Source: Octopus vulgaris (taxonomy: Eukaryota). Taken from it: DNA of 64,000 nt. The DNA is taken from assembly GCA_951406725.2 (NCBI GenBank), contig OX597822.1, positions 46,066,001 through 46,130,000 of the forward strand, written 5' to 3'. The translations under genes were made by a program, and so were the position numbers. Within the stretch, counting starts at the first letter, position 1, and each line of letters begins with the position of its first letter. Below, piece by piece: positions 1 through 15,480 of this stretch. A model generated the notes under the pieces. That model was not told where the DNA came from, did not search any database, and worked only from the letters and a program-made list of their open reading frames with translations.

Positions 1-346
1 GCTTTTTTTGGGAGGCAGGATTTTACAGCTGGCGGCTCTTAGCGACACCATCCATTTATTCACCTTTCACAAAACAATGCACCTATTCTACCACACACAC
101 CCATACACATGTATACATAAACATACATACATATACACATTTTATATATATATATACACACACACATACAAATATATGAATAAACACTCACACACATATA
201 TATATACATATATATCATACACACATCCATATACCTTCATGCATATATAAACATATGCACACATATCTATACAGACACACACATAGATACACCCATAATT
301 ACACACACATGCATATATATATATATATACACACACACACATATAC

Positions 347-667
347 GTGGCACTCCGTCAGTTATGACGACGAGGGTTCCAGTTGATCTGATCAACAGAA
401 CAGCCTGCTCGTGAAATTAATGTGCAAGTGGCTGAGCACTCCACAGACACGTGACAAGGCTGGCCCCTCTGAAATACAGGTACAACAGAAACAAGAAAGA
501 CAGGGTGAGAGAAAGTTGTGGTGAAAGAACACCGCAGGGTTGCCACCCTCATGGAGATTTAGGTGTTTTCACTCAATAAACACTCATAACGCCCGGTCTG
601 GGAATCAAAACCGCGATCCTATTACTGCAAGTCCACTGCCCTAACCACTGGGCCATTGTGCTTCCTC
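347..667 (-). mobile_element. SINE with head D and family C tail
   Basis: Minus-strand head aatggcccagtggttagggcag and tail ...cagccacttgcac...gatcaactggaaccctcgtcgtc. A second copy is at ~41608-41990(-). Confidence 0.8.
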
Positions 668-1049
668 ATATATATACACATATGAATGCATGAATAAACA
701 CACATACATGTATAAACATCCATATACCTTCATCCATATATATAAACACATGCATACATATCTATATACAGATGCACACATACACACACATCAGCATCAT
801 TTAACATCAGGTTTCCCTGCTGGCATGGGTTGAATGGACCAGCATGCCTATATCATTTCTTAATCGGGGCCACTGCTTCCATAGACTGGTTCCCGAATGC
901 CCTGACCTTCTTTATGCCGAACCCTTTATAGGGTGCACAGGGTGCAATTTCTTATGGCATCAAAAGTTGGAATAGTTCTCAGCAACAGAACTAAAGGGAC
1001 TTCACAGCTCTGTGCAAACGTATGCACACAAGCACCGTAAATGTGCATG

Positions 1050-1390
1050 TGTGTGTGACTGTGGTAAGAAGTTTGCTTCCTAACCACACGGTTCTGGGTT
1101 CAGTCCCACTGTGTGACACCTTGGGCAAGCGTCTTCTACTATACCCTCAGGCTGATCAAAGATTTGTGAGTGGATTTGGTAGATGGAAACTGAGAGAAGC
1201 CTGTTATGTTATATCCAAGTTTGTGAGTTTAGGTCTCCATAACAGAGCAATTCAGCAAAAGAGACTGATAAAATAAGTGCCAGTCTTGAAAAACAAAAAA
1301 GTAATAGGGTTGATTCATGCAATTAAAAATCTTTCAATGCAGTGCCCCAGCATGGCCACAGTTTAATAGCTGAAACAAGTAAAAGATAGA
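1050..1390 (+). mobile_element. SINE family A copy
   Basis: tgtggtaagaagtttgcttcc...gggttcagtcccactg...ttgggcaag...gctgaaacaagtaaaag. Further copies at ~18405(+), 31220-31991(-), 36265(+), 37390(-), 40250(-), 41437(-), 47210(-), 52115(+), 54165(-), 58060(+), 59627(+) and 61255(+). Confidence 0.8.
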
Positions 1391-1659
1391 AGATACGAAT
1401 TCACATCCAACTACAAATCTACACGAGTGACACAAAACCATGTACACATACACCTACTGTCATCGTCAGAATAAATGTAGTTCTGTGTTGTTATTGCATG
1501 GACTAGAAATAGAAGCCACATTCCCCTCAAAATACATCCTATTATCTGAGAAAAGAAAGACACTGGATATTGTAGTCTAAGATATATAAAATGGTTGGAC
1601 GACTGATGGTGGGGTGAATTTGATCACAGGTTTGCAACATCACAACAATAATAATATGC

Positions 1660-1870
1660 TTTTATGTTATAGGCACAAGGCCTGAAATTTAGTTGAGGAG
1701 ACTAGTTGATTACATTGATCCCCGGTGCCTAACTGGTACTAATTTCATCGACCCTGGAAGGATAAAAGGCAAAGTCAACCTCAGTGGAATTTGAACTCAG
1801 AACGAGCAGACGAAATACCGCTAAGCATTTCACCCGGAGTGCTAACGACTCTGCCAGCTCCACACCTTAC
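1660..1870 (-). mobile_element. SINE family B copy
   Basis: Same consensus. Other copies at ~2715(+), 9800(-), 17816(+), 22790-23160 (two, -), 28795(-), 49405(+) and 55535(+). Confidence 0.8.
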
Positions 1871-4800
1871 ACAACAATAATATCAATTACAATACATTCA
1901 CACACACACACACACCAATATCTATAAATACATACAAATACATGCCAAACAGAGGAACACACAGGAAAGCATGTAGGAGACACACACACACACACAGTGC
2001 ACTAGTTGTGAGAATTAGGAAAAATGTTACGTTGTAATGTGTATGCATTTGTAAAGAGTGAGGAAAAAGCTGACAATTATCACACCCATCATCATCATCA
2101 TCATCAGAGCCATCAGAAAAATCATCATCACCACCATTACTAACACCAACATAACCAGCATCATTCTGATCTTCCTCATCACCACCACCACCACTGTCAT
2201 TACACAATTCACACACACAGACACACGCACATGTCTCTAGAGATCTCCTCATTGCCTAAGACCAGGCAACATTGTTATGCAATGAACTTCCTCTTCTAGC
2301 AGATATCTGCCTCGCAGTTTTATTATTAATATTGTTATTAATGACATAATTGTTAGTTATGTGAGATAGGGTGTGAGACAGAGAGAGAGAGAGAGAGAAG
2401 ATAAAGGGAAATTAAAAAGAGAGAATGAAAGGAAGAGAGAGAGAGCATAAAGGGAAATTAAAAAGAGAGAATGAAAGGAAGAAAGAAGAAGAAGAAGAGA
2501 GAGACAACAGGCATAAGTGACAGCATGATTGCATGTGGGTGTATATGTTTCTGTGAGTTGCATGCATATGTATGTATGTAACAGTTTTCTATGTGTAACA
2601 TGTAGCAGTAATGGTCTCAATGCCATACTACATTGTGTAATAAGGGTTTCTAACAAAGTCATAAAGCCGCAAATTTTGTACTAAGATAATAGCTGATTAT
2701 ATTTGATCTCATATACTTGACCAGTCAAATGGTGGTCAATTGGAAGAATGGCTACAGTGTTGGACAAATGTAGTGTGCTATTTGGTTTGGTGATTTGTCT
2801 TCTGATTTCAAATCCAGTCAAGTTCAAATTTGTCTTTCACCTTTGCAGGTTTGATAAAATAAAATATCAGCTATAGCCCCAGGATTGATTCTCTATCTGT
2901 TTGTTTATCTATCTATTTTTTTTTGTTTATCTATCTATCTATCTTCCACCCCTCATCCCTTTTAATCGGAATTTTACTTTTTTTTTCTTCTTATTTTTCC
3001 CCTTCTTTTCATTTTCGAAAAGAAAAGCTCTATATTTGTATTTATCCCCTCTGTATTCAGCCCTGTGTGGCCAATAAAGAAAGTTATCTATCTGTCGGTC
3101 TGTCTGTCTGTCTCTCTGTCTCTCTCTCTCTCTCACACACTGAATCCATTGCACTACACTGAAAGACGGGCATGAGGGAGCAATTATAGTGCACCTATCC
3201 TCCTCAAAACAACCACTTTTTATTTTACTGCAGCAGAAGAATGCAGTGACAGGGCTCTGGCAAGAATATGGCACATGGCAATGATAAGGAGGAGGACCTG
3301 GTTAATGTTTATTCAATCCACATAAGACAGCTGAAAAACAAAGTCTACTATGACAGGATTCAAACTCAATGTACAAACCTGCAAATGTAGACAACAACCA
3401 TCAAAATAAACACCACTCCATTTACACAAACACATTTTTCTTCATTCACTTCTCTAAAGCTACTGGTTGCACAAGAAGACAGATTCAGTATTTCTGGGTC
3501 CATATATACATAACTGTGCATGGGTATATGAATGTATATACTTATACAATCCATACACAAGATACGTATTACTACATATTAACTGGTTCACCATGTTACA
3601 TGCAACACCAACAACACTGTTAACTATCAGACCTTATATACCACACTGCATAGCATCACTCCCTTGTCCTGAATGTCTTTGGTAGCATTTATTCTGTTGC
3701 AAGCATTCAACCCAGATCCCATATAGTTGAGGCTCAAGCTGACTGTTGGGGCTCTATCAATACCACCAGTGTGACAGGGTGTAAAATGGCTATACACACT
3801 ATCCTTCTTCCCTTACTAACTTCAACAACATTTAACATCCCTTTTCCCATGCTGGCATGTATTGGCTGGAACCAACAAGCCAAAAGGGTTGCACGAAGCT
3901 TTCATGTCTCCTTCTGTATGATTTCTGCAGCTAGATGCTCTTCCTAATACCAACCACTTTTATAGAATGAACTGGGTTTTTTATTTTTGAGGCACCAACA
4001 CTAGTGAGATCACCAAGTAACTCACAAGATGAGACCCCTTAACTGAATGGAGTATAGAATTAAAAGATGTGAATTTATGATAGAGGAACAAGGACAGGTG
4101 TTTTGTTAAGAGAGATGGATACAAAGTTTACCTCAGGATGACATAAAGGAACACCTGGAATCCACCCTTCCACGTCCTTTGCAGGAAGAATGGGCTGAGC
4201 AAGCTTCGTCTTCTTTAACAAGTATACAACATTTTATTTTGAAGTAACTTGATTCATCATCATGTAATACCCATTTCCCATGCTGGCATGGGTTGGACAA
4301 TTTGACAGGAGCTTGTAAGGTCAGGGGCTGCACCAGGTTCCATTTTCAATTCTGGCATTGTTTGTTCCTACAGCTGGATGCCCTTCCTAATGCCAACCAC
4401 TTTACAGAACATACCGAGTGCGCATTACACGGCAACAGCACTTGTACCAATGCTTTTTACATGACACAGTACATATGCTCGCCTTTCTGGGTTTTGTTAT
4501 TTAGAGTAATCTGAACAGCAAAAAGTTAACCGAATTCCCTCGGTAACTAGTCATGCTTTAACACTTCTAGTAACTTTATAACTTGGTTTATCAATTTGAT
4601 ACCTCTATACTTGCCTCTCTCAAGAACATCAGCTTCAATCTTGCAGTAGCTGATGATGATGATGCTGTGCTTGTCATTGGATATGATACCTTCCTGTACT
4701 ACTTTATTTACAAGTAACTAGTGAAGGAGGGGTACAGCCTTCACTAACGAAAAACTTAGAATTCACAATTAACCATCAATCCCATTTTTTTCTGATGAGT

Positions 4801-6099
4801 ATGATGTCTATCTGGCTAGTGTTCACCTGATTGGTAAGTGATGAAGTGATGGGTTTGCTTCCTGCAGTTAATTTTTGAAATGATTTCATTATCATGATCA
4901 TGATCATCATCTTCCATGCTGGCATGGGTTTGATAGTTTGACAGGACCTAGCAAGGTAAAGAGCCACACCAGGCTCCAATTGTCTGTTCTGGCACGGCTT
5001 CTATGGCTGGATGGCCTCTTCCTAACACCAACCACTTTACAGAGTAGACTAAGTGCTTTTCACATGGCATCAGTACCAGTGAGGTTTGTTTTGGCATGGT
5101 TTTTACAACTGGGTGCCCTTCCTAACACCAAGGTACAAAAGCTTGTGTGGTCAACACTTCTCATGTGGTCACCAATTTAATGGTCAGGGTTTATTGGAGG
5201 GACACCATGGATAGAGTCAAACAGCTATGCAGAAGCTTGTGAGGTCATCACTTCTTGTGAGGGTCACCACCTTAAGATTCGTAGGGGTTAATAAGGTTTA
5301 TTTAAGAGCAAACTTGGATGTTATATGGAACAGGAAAAACTGTTATACAGAAATATCCTTGCTGGACACATCAAATATTATTCCTGTTGATGCTACTGGT
5401 TTTCTATTTTGTGTTTTTTTTTCCAGTTAACCTTCTCCTTCAATGACAATGATAAATGGTCAAGACAAGAGCAAAAGAAACCAATACACACACACACACA
5501 CGAATGGTAGCTAAATAATTCAGACTTACACCCACCACTGAAGTGACTGACATTATTTTATCCAGTGTTCAAATACAATTTTGATGTTCTGGAATATTTT
5601 ATCACAAAACACACGCACACACACATGCACACAATACAGACACCCAAAGACACCCACAATACACTGGAACACACACACACACACACACAGAGAACACATC
5701 ACAAACACATGGATACACATCACATTAACACTATACCACACACAAACACAAAGGTTGGAACCACATAGAACCGAGTATGGTGGCAATGGTAGTGGTAGTG
5801 GTGGTGGTATCAGATGAAAATATTGAAGAGAGAGAGAGAAAGCTACAGCCTAAAGGTAAGGAGGACAATTGGTAGTGCTACAATGTCATCATAGCTAAAC
5901 AACTGCAATGTTTTTAAAGACATGCATCTTAACTGCAGCTTCACACACATACACATACACAGTGCTGCAATCACTTAATTTACAGCACAGACAATAGCAG
6001 CAGCAGTCCAGAACACACACACACATGTGTGTATGCATTTGTCTGTATGTTTGCGTATGTGTGTCACCTCTGTTCTTCCTCATACACTTGAATATTTCA

Positions 6100-6352
<253 letters not shown>

Positions 6353-7132
6353 CCACAATGTTTAGCACTGACTGTGGGTGTTTTGTGATAGAAATTCTTT
6401 ACTACTCAAATATACAAGGGTGTATTTAACACATGTAACATACACACGCACAGCTACTATGTCTAATGTGTGTGCCAGGATTTTGTGGGTGAGCGTCTTA
6501 TGTTCCTCACACATGGATGAGTGTATATAATGCATGTATACAGCCTTAGTGTAAATATTAAGTGAATTAGAGCATGGTTAGCAATTGTGTGTGTATGTAT
6601 AGAGCAGGTATGTGTGTGACAAATAAAGAGATACTTGACTTCTCTGACTTGCAGCATGTTTAGTAGTATGCATGTGTGTGAGAGTGTGTATGTCTGCGTG
6701 TGGGTGTGTGTGTATGTGTATGCTTATTTAACCTAAGTGTGTTAGAACGTATTTAGTTCAGTTTGCTTGTGTGTACAAGACAGAAAGTAATTTGGCAACT
6801 CTGGGTGTATGCATGCATGCATGTGTGTGTGCGTGTGTGTGTGTGTGTGTCATGATGTGTTCAACACCATATATGTATGCATGTATGTGTTTCAAATTAT
6901 GTGTATGAGTGTACTGTGTGTGATTATAAGTGTGCATACATGTGTGTATGTTTATAGTGATTTTGTAAGCCTCTGACAGTGTTGTTGGTGTAAAAATTGC
7001 TTAGTTAACAGGAAGCTGGAAGTTAAAAATAGAGAGAGAGAGAGCTAGAGAAAGGGACAGGAAGACAGACAGAAGGACAGAGATAGCTAGAGAGAGAGAG
7101 AGAGAAACAGACAGACAGATAGACAGAGAGAA

Positions 7133-7212
<80 letters not shown>

Positions 7213-7519
7213 GGAAGGAGAGACAGAGTAAAAGGGGTTTAACTGGCTAATAACACAAGAGGCATTGATGTAATAACAAATGCACACAAGAGGATATGCA
7301 AAGTGCATTGGCGTAAGGAGGGAAAAGTGTATGGTTGCATGTGGTTCAGAAGGGAGGAGAGGCTAAGCCTGGCGCTGTTAACAGGTGGCTATTGATAACA
7401 GACCAAATGAGCCAGCACAGTTTTTCTTTTGGCTGTTTCGGCCTGAGTGGGATGGTGTCCATTTTGACTGGGTTTTCCTTCCTTTCTTTTTAGTACTTTT
7501 TGTTTGTCTTCCACACAAA

Positions 7520-8345
7520 GGCCAACACACACACATACACACGCGTATATATACACAATTTGCACCAACGAGTATACATACACAATTTGCATCAACACAC
7601 ACAACCATGCGCATGTATACATACACAATGTGCACCAACGCATATAGACATGCACACACAAGTATACACATATACATACACATTTTGCACCAATGCACAG
7701 ACATGCACACACAGGTATACACATATACATACACAAATTGCACCAACGCGTATAGACATGCACACATGAGTATACATGTATACATACACAATTTGCATCA
7801 TTGCATACAACCGCACACACATGTACATATACAATTTGCACCAACGTACACAGACACATACATACTAGTATATACACAATTTGCATCAATGCATACAACC
7901 ACATGTGCACATACATGATTTGCACCAATGCACATAGACACACACACACAAGTATACATATATACATACACAATTTGCATCAACACATACAACCACACAC
8001 ACACAAACATGGAGGAAACACATTGACAAAAATGCAACATACACACATCTGCAGAAACACACACACACAAGTGTACACATATACATACACAATTTGCATC
8101 AACACATACAACCACACACACACACACACACAAACATGCAGGAAACATACACTAACAAAAATGCAACATGCACACACAAACACATGCAGATAACATACAC
8201 ATACACACACATGTACATAGACAAAAACACAGTAACACACAAACACACACATGCAGTAAACACAAATATAAACACACACCTGCAGTAACACACATGCAGA
8301 AGAACAAAGTGCAGACATACAAACACACACACACACACACACAGG
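7520..8345. repeat. Degenerate CA-rich minisatellite built on an acacaatttgca(c/t)caa motif
   Basis: The motif recurs more than 10 times at irregular ~25-60 bp spacing in a (CA/TA)-rich context. Confidence 0.8.
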
Positions 8346-10479
8346 CACACATTTGCAGTGAACAACCTCTGAAGTTCACTGCATGATTGCAGCTTCTCTC
8401 AACACCGCCTCCTCCTCCTCCCACACATCATCATCATCATCTGTTGCCTCCTCCCCCTATTCTTTCCGCTCTCTCTCAGACCCCACCTCTTCCATCTCCA
8501 CTCCGACCTCTCCATTGCCTTACCAATTTTACAATTTGCTAAAGAATGTGAAATAGTTACACAGAGATTGATACAGCAAGAGAAAAACACACACACACAC
8601 ACAGAGGACTTCTGAATGGTCATTTGACCTGCTAGAAACAGCAGGCCAGATCTCCCCTAAATATACACTCAACAGTAATTACAAAGAAAAATAAAAACAA
8701 AAAAGAGCAAAGGACACATTATATAATGTAGTTATAATAAATACTAAGTCTGGCAAAAAGAAATACAAAAATGAAATAAACATGGCTGCAACATCTTTGA
8801 CTATAAGTTTGGTGGATGGATCAGGGCTAACCTGGGGGTGGAGATGCTAACCCCAAACTTAAATAGGAGCAATAAATAATGTAGTCCTAGATACACTATG
8901 TGTAAATAAAAGACAATACCTTCATGGTTGGATTGTCTTTGATTGTATGTCTGCTCAATGGCTTCAAATTTTGACACAGGGCCAGCAGCTTTTGAGGCAC
9001 AGGGGGTTGATTGCATTGACCCCAGTACTTGATTTTTTTATGCATTCGCTTGCTTTCTTCCAAAGAATCTAGTGCTCTTAGCTTAGATTTTCTTGGCGCC
9101 GGTCATATTAGAGCAGTCTCAAGAGTAACTGGCCAAAACTGCAAAGATGATCTGGTACTCGACTTGACTGAAGATTGGAAACTCTGAACGATCTGCCTTT
9201 GTCTTTTTCCTGGCCTTTTTTGTATCACCTAACTGTCCGAATGTTTTGTTGTTGCCTGTTACATTCTTGTTCCATTTTTTTTATTTTTTATATATACATC
9301 TATTTTACATTGTTTTGAATCAATCATACATTGGACAACAACCGACTCCCTAAACAACTTCTTTTACTCCCAACTACACAAGAGGAAAAGAAATCATGGA
9401 AGACCTAGACTCAAATTGAATGACACTGCAAAAATGGAACATGAAGTGGAAAGGAATTGATCATAATAAATGGCAAACCCAAGCGAAAAACCAAACCAAC
9501 CAGTATGGAGAAAGTTTATGAGGTCATGGCAAATCCACAACCAGTCATAGTCATGATGACTGACTGCAAATAATGGTAATCATGTAGATCTGAGACTTTG
9601 AATGATGTGATCGTTTATTTTTAGAACGACATAGTAGGGTAGGTGTGATAAGCCAGATCTGGCAGGTTTTGAACATAAAACAGCTAGAATATTGAGGTTG
9701 GATATGGCCAGTTTAAGCCTTCACCACCTTCCATAAAGCTGCTTCCTTCTCTATGGTAATCCCACTCAATTGAAGGGGTTTTTAGTCTTGCAAACTATTT
9801 ATTTCTTTATTGCCCACAAGGGGCTAAACATAGAGGGGAAAAACAAGGACAGACAAAGGGATTAAGTCGAATACATCGACCCCAGTGCGTAACTAATAGT
9901 TATTTAATCGACCCTGAAAGGATGAAAAGCAAAGTCAACCTCGGTGAAATTTGAACTCAGAACATAGCCCAGCGTGCTAACGATTCTGCCAGCTTGCCAC
10001 AAACTGCATATTGATCTCACTCATAATGAGACCATATAAAAAGTACCCAGTCCACTCTGTAAAGTAGACGGCATTAGAAAGTGGATCCAGCCAGGGTAAA
10101 GCAGATACTGGAGCATAGATTCTTTGAAATGATCCAGCCTCTGCCAGCTTCAAAGATGGACACTTAATGATGGTGATGATGACATATATAAGGCTCACAG
10201 AGAGGTAAAGCAAATTGACATTCTGTGTTAATGTACCCAGATTCTAATGAATCCTATAACGAATATTCCCCTCTCTATATATAGTATTAATAATGGTCAG
10301 GAGAATGGAGATTTTTCACATCTAAAATTTTATTTAACAGTTATTTACAGCATCCTTTAGTGGACCTGCATGCATTTCAACTGTATCAATTGCACAGTCA
10401 GGTGCACAATTTGGCATTACTTTTTATGCAGCTTCCTCAGGGTCCATTATTTACTGCCATATATAGACACTCCAAACAA

Positions 10480-10652
10480 GAACAAGCAAGAAAAAAACGA
10501 CAACGCGAGGAACAAGTACTGAGTTATTGGACGCTCAGGAAAGGAAAGAAAAGAAAGATTTCACGTTTCAAACAGAGCTCTTCATGAGAAATATAGAAAA
10601 AGTCCAAAGAAGGAAAGACAGAGAAAGAAAATCACCAACGATACACAGGCAG

Positions 10653-10655
<3 letters not shown>
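10480..10655 (-). mobile_element. Penelope-type terminal fragment with degenerate hammerhead-like motif
   Basis: The minus strand reads ctcatgaagagctctgtttgaaacgtg followed by ctgagcgtccaataact, which is related to the sequence at ~37300. Confidence 0.5.
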
Positions 10656-10686
<31 letters not shown>

Positions 10687-11009
10687 GAGCGAGGTCAAAA
10701 AAACATTTGAGAGAGGTTGTTGCCAGTGCTGCTGGACTGTCTCCTGTGCAGGCGGCACATATAAAGCACCATTTGAGTGTGGTCATTGCTAGTACCACCT
10801 GACTGGCCCTTGTGCCGGTGGCACATAAAGGCACCCACTACACTCTCGGAGTGGTTGGTGTTAGGAAGGGCATCCAGCTGTAGAAACTCTGCTAGATCAG
10901 ATTGGAGCCTGGTGCAACCATCTGGTTCGCCAGACCTCAGTCAGATCATCCAACTCATGCCAGCATGGAAAGTGGATGTTAAACGATGATGATGATGATG
11001 ATATTATTC

Positions 11010-11375
11010 TTTTATTCTTGTTTCAGTCATCTGACTGCAGCCATGCTGGAGCACCACCTTTAGCTGAGCAAATCGACCCCTAGTATTCATTCTATCATAC
11101 ACTTTTGTTGGACCGCTAAGTTATGGGAACATAAACACACCAGCATCGGTTGTCAAGTGATGGTGAGGGTGACAAACACAGATACTCAAAAACACACACA
11201 CACACACACATATATATGACAGGGTTCTTTCAGTTTCTGTCTACCAAATCCATTCACAGGGCTTTGCTCGGCCTGAGGCTAAAGTAGAAGACACTTGCCC
11301 AAGGTGCCACGCAGTGGAATTGAACCCGGAACCATGTGGTTGGTAAGCAAGCTACTTACCACACAGCCACTCCTA
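11010..11375 (-). mobile_element. SINE family A copy
   Basis: Same head, core and tail as the 55075-55478 copy. Confidence 0.85.
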
Positions 11376-12317
11376 AGCATATATATATATATATATATAA
11401 ATATACACACACACATATAGGAAGAAGAGCACAATACCAATAATAGACCAACTGCTTGCATGTCGGCACTGAGGTCAACTTATTGTTGCAGTCATTGCTC
11501 TTGATGTAGTAGTAGCAGTAGTAGTAGGAATAGTACTGGTGGTAGTAGTAACAGCAGCAGCAGCTGTTGTTGTTGGTGTTGTTGTTGACTAGCTGGCTAA
11601 GTTTAGCCTATGATAGAAGGCCAGCAAGTTAATATATCACTCACTCCAAAGTACCACCCAACAAGGCAATTATACTTTAAAAAAACAAAAAAATTTTTTA
11701 TTTAACACAGAAACACAAAGTTCTGTCTTTAAGTGACACACATGCACATAAATATGTGTGTGTGTATGTGTTTGGGTGGGTGTGCGCATGCAGTCTTTCT
11801 CCTGGGTCTCTTCAGAAGATTTCTGCCAAGACAGAACCACTTTCCAATTTAGAGACAAAGTTCCATTTCTTCACTAGTGTTCACTCATCAATGCATGTGA
11901 TGTGGGGGCGGGGGAACTGGTTTCTAACCTATAGATACACATACACACATGTATGTGCATTTGTAAATGTATACATGTACATATGTAAGTGTATGCATGT
12001 GTATGTAAAAAGATATGTGTGTTTGTGTGTGTGTGCATGGCAACATTGGAATTGGTTTCTAGCTTATACATTCATACAACATATATATATTTATATATAT
12101 ATATATAAAAAATTTTATATATGTACGTATGTATGTAAATGTGGGTGTGGGTGCATGTGTTTGAATACATATACATAAGTGTTAGCATATGTATGCAAGT
12201 AGATATGTGTGTGTAGGCAGTAGAATTAGTTACTAACCATTTATATATACATATATACACATATATACATGCATGCATGAATATGTATATGTAGGAAGAA
12301 GAATTTGGTTTCCAGCC

Positions 12318-12352
<35 letters not shown>

Positions 12353-13006
12353 GTATGTGTGTGAGAAAGAGAATTGGTTTCTAACCAAGAAACAAGCCCG
12401 CATCACTGGAATATTTATTTAGCAACAAGCAAAGTGTTACAAGTCGACATTTAGAAAAATTTTGCATGTTTTGACTGTTCCGCTTACAAAATAAATTTGC
12501 AACAAAAATTATCCCCCCACCACCACCACCGCCAACACCTGCCTCCCCCCCCCCCAACACCCCCACATATCAAAAATAACAAACAAACGAGTCCACAAGG
12601 ATGTTGTTCTCTTACAGTAGTAATGCTTGTAAAGATGTGAAGTTGAATCAGTGATCAACACTAAATAAATAGGAAACAGGATTAGCAGGGTGGATGTGAG
12701 GGGTGATGGCGGCCGTGGAGGAAGGTACACAGGAGCACAGTAAATGTGTGCGAGTGTGCTGGTCTGTGTGCGTGTGTGTATGTATGTATATGCAATTTTG
12801 GATGTTACTGTATATTAAATATACCGTTGCTGTACATGAATGCATACATCTCTACAACAATTGTGTGCGTATATGTGTTAAACCTGCACAACACTTTCTG
12901 TATGTGTAATGCACATGTGTGTGTGTGTATGTGTTCTTACATATATATATATATACACAGGACTACATACATAACTGAATGCGAGTCTGCGTGTGTGTAT
13001 GTGTTC

Positions 13007-13090
<84 letters not shown>

Positions 13091-13702
13091 ATACACACAC
13101 GTGACTATATACATAACTGAATGTGTGTGTGTATGTGTGTGCACTAGGAAAGTGTGGAGGAGAGGGGTATGAGAAGCAGAGAAGAGAAGGAAGGAAGGAC
13201 AAGGGGAAAATTAAAGAGATTTGGCAGGAATGCAGTTTGTTGCAAGTCTGGAACACACAGATACACTCTCATACACACACACACAGAGTTTCATACAAAT
13301 ACTGGGGGATAGACACATAGCACCAGCATACACACACAAACACACACCTATATATACAGTTGTACAGAGATACAGGGACACATAAGCGCACAGCCATACA
13401 CATACTTACACAAAATAAAATAAAGGAAACTAAATTGAAATAAACAGGTTGTTGTATTGAGTTTCATGTCAGTGGTAAGACCAATGGCAGAAGTCAGATA
13501 TAGAGAGAGAATGGGTGGTGGTGGTGGTGGTGTAATAGAGTGTAAGAGGAAGAGAGAGAGACAAGAAGGGAGGCAATCAGAGAATGCTATATATAAAGAT
13601 ATAATACATTATGCATAGATGTATATACATGTATATGTGTGTGTGTATATATATATACACACACACACACATACATACACACATATATATGCATGTATAC
13701 AT

Positions 13703-13736
<34 letters not shown>

Positions 13737-14929
13737 ATATACATACACACACATATACACATACATATATATATACATGTGTATGTATGCATATGTGTTT
13801 GTACACACGCACACATGTACACACTAACACACACAGAAAAAGAGATGAAGATATGAGGGAAAAAATAAGTCAAAGACAAAAAGACAGATCACGTGTGTGT
13901 GTGTGTGTGCACATATACAGACATATATATTATATATATAGATATATACAAAGAGAGAGAGAGAGAGAGAGAGGAAGAAAGATAGACAATGGCACTGAGA
14001 GCCAAAGATGATGAAAAACAAAATTTTAGACCAATTATGCTTTCTGCTGTTCTTAATAAATTGTGAAAAGAAAAAGAAAAGACAAGCATCATCATCATCA
14101 TCATCTGTTGGCCACTGATCACTACCACCATGTTAATTACAATTTAAAGGGACAGCAGTAACAATTTCTAAGGATAATGGCAATGGAGCCCTTCCCAAGC
14201 AATTCCAATTGAAAACTGGGCCTTCAATATGTTTGCCAGCATTCGAGGTCATCTGATGCCTTGTACTGTAATAATAATGAAACTCATGGTGACTTTACTA
14301 CGCTAGAAATAGCAGCCCCCTATAACACTCTGATGTCTTAAAAAGTGAAGATCACATTGGATAATGTAGTTCAAGATAGACTGTGCCTGTAGGAAAAAAG
14401 ACAATTCCTTTGAAATATCATATCCATTTCAAATGGTTTTAGCTCTGCTTTGAAACAAGAGAATTGACCAAAATGGCTCCATTGTTTAAGCCCTGTCCCT
14501 AGTCTTGTGCTAACCTGTAGCTAGTCAGTCACAAATCCTACAACACCTATTACCTTCACGGTGCACATCAGCATCATCAGCTTTCCATACTGGATGGTTT
14601 GACTGGAGCTGGTCAACTGGGGCAGGTAGGGCTGTCCAGATTCCAGTTGTCAATTTTGGCATGGTTTCTATCGCTGGGTGCCCTTCCTAATGCCAACCAC
14701 TTCAGTGTGTACTAGGTGCATTTTACATGCAACCAGCATGAGCACTTTTATACGGCACCAACATGGGTGCATTTACACAACACTGACAATATGCACTTTT
14801 ACATGGCACCAACACAGGCACTTTTATGTGGTGTTGGCACTATACTAAGTACACAAACACTGGTTTGCTACACATTCACAGAGCAATTCACATATGGTGG
14901 AGGATTTATACACTCCACTCTACTACCAA

Positions 14930-15430
14930 TAACGTGGTTGATGCCAGGTCCACCTGACTGGCTCCTGTGCCAGTGACACGTAAAAAGCACCATCTGAATG
15001 TGGTCGATGCTAGGGCTGCCTGACTGGGTCCCCATGCCGGTGGCACATAAAAATCACCATCCGAATGTGGTCGATGCAAAGTTTGCCTGACTGGTTCCCG
15101 TGCCGGTGGCACATAAGAAGGACTATTCGAATGTGATCGATCCCAGTGCCCCCTGAGTGGCTCCCATGCTGGTAGCACGTGAAAAGCACTATTCAAACAT
15201 GATCGATGCTAGGGCCACCTGACTGGCCCTCATGCTGGTGGCATGTAAAAGGTACCCACTACACTTTCAGAGTGGTTGGCATTAGGAAGGGCATCCAGCC
15301 ATAGAAACCTTGCCAGATCAGATTGGAGCCTGGTACAGCTGCTGGCTTTCCAGACCTCAGTCAAACCATCCAACCTATGCCAGCATGGAAAACAGATGTT
15401 AAACAATGATGATGATGATGATGATGATGA
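14930..15430 (+). mobile_element. RTE-tail non-autonomous element (family E) with five ~66-bp internal tandem units and a (GAT)n tail
   Basis: Units gtggtcgatgc...cctgactggctcc.gtgccggtggcac.taaaa.gcac start at ~14934, 15000, 15067, 15133 and 15199. They are followed by ggttggcattaggaagggcatccagc...gccagcatggaaa...(gat)n. Related copies at ~10717-11000(+), 57620-57935(-), 31601-31758(+), 4260(-), 4910(-), 14575(-), 46520(-) and 56500(+). Confidence 0.8.
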
Positions 15431-15480
15431 AAATACAATGACTCAGGATTCTGTGTGAAGCTGGGCCTATATTACGTGCT

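Noticed and set aside
14930-15260. CRISPR-like periodicity (also 51041-51403 and 53041-53240)
   Set aside because: Whole units repeat without unique spacers, there are no cas genes, and the context is eukaryotic retroposon DNA.
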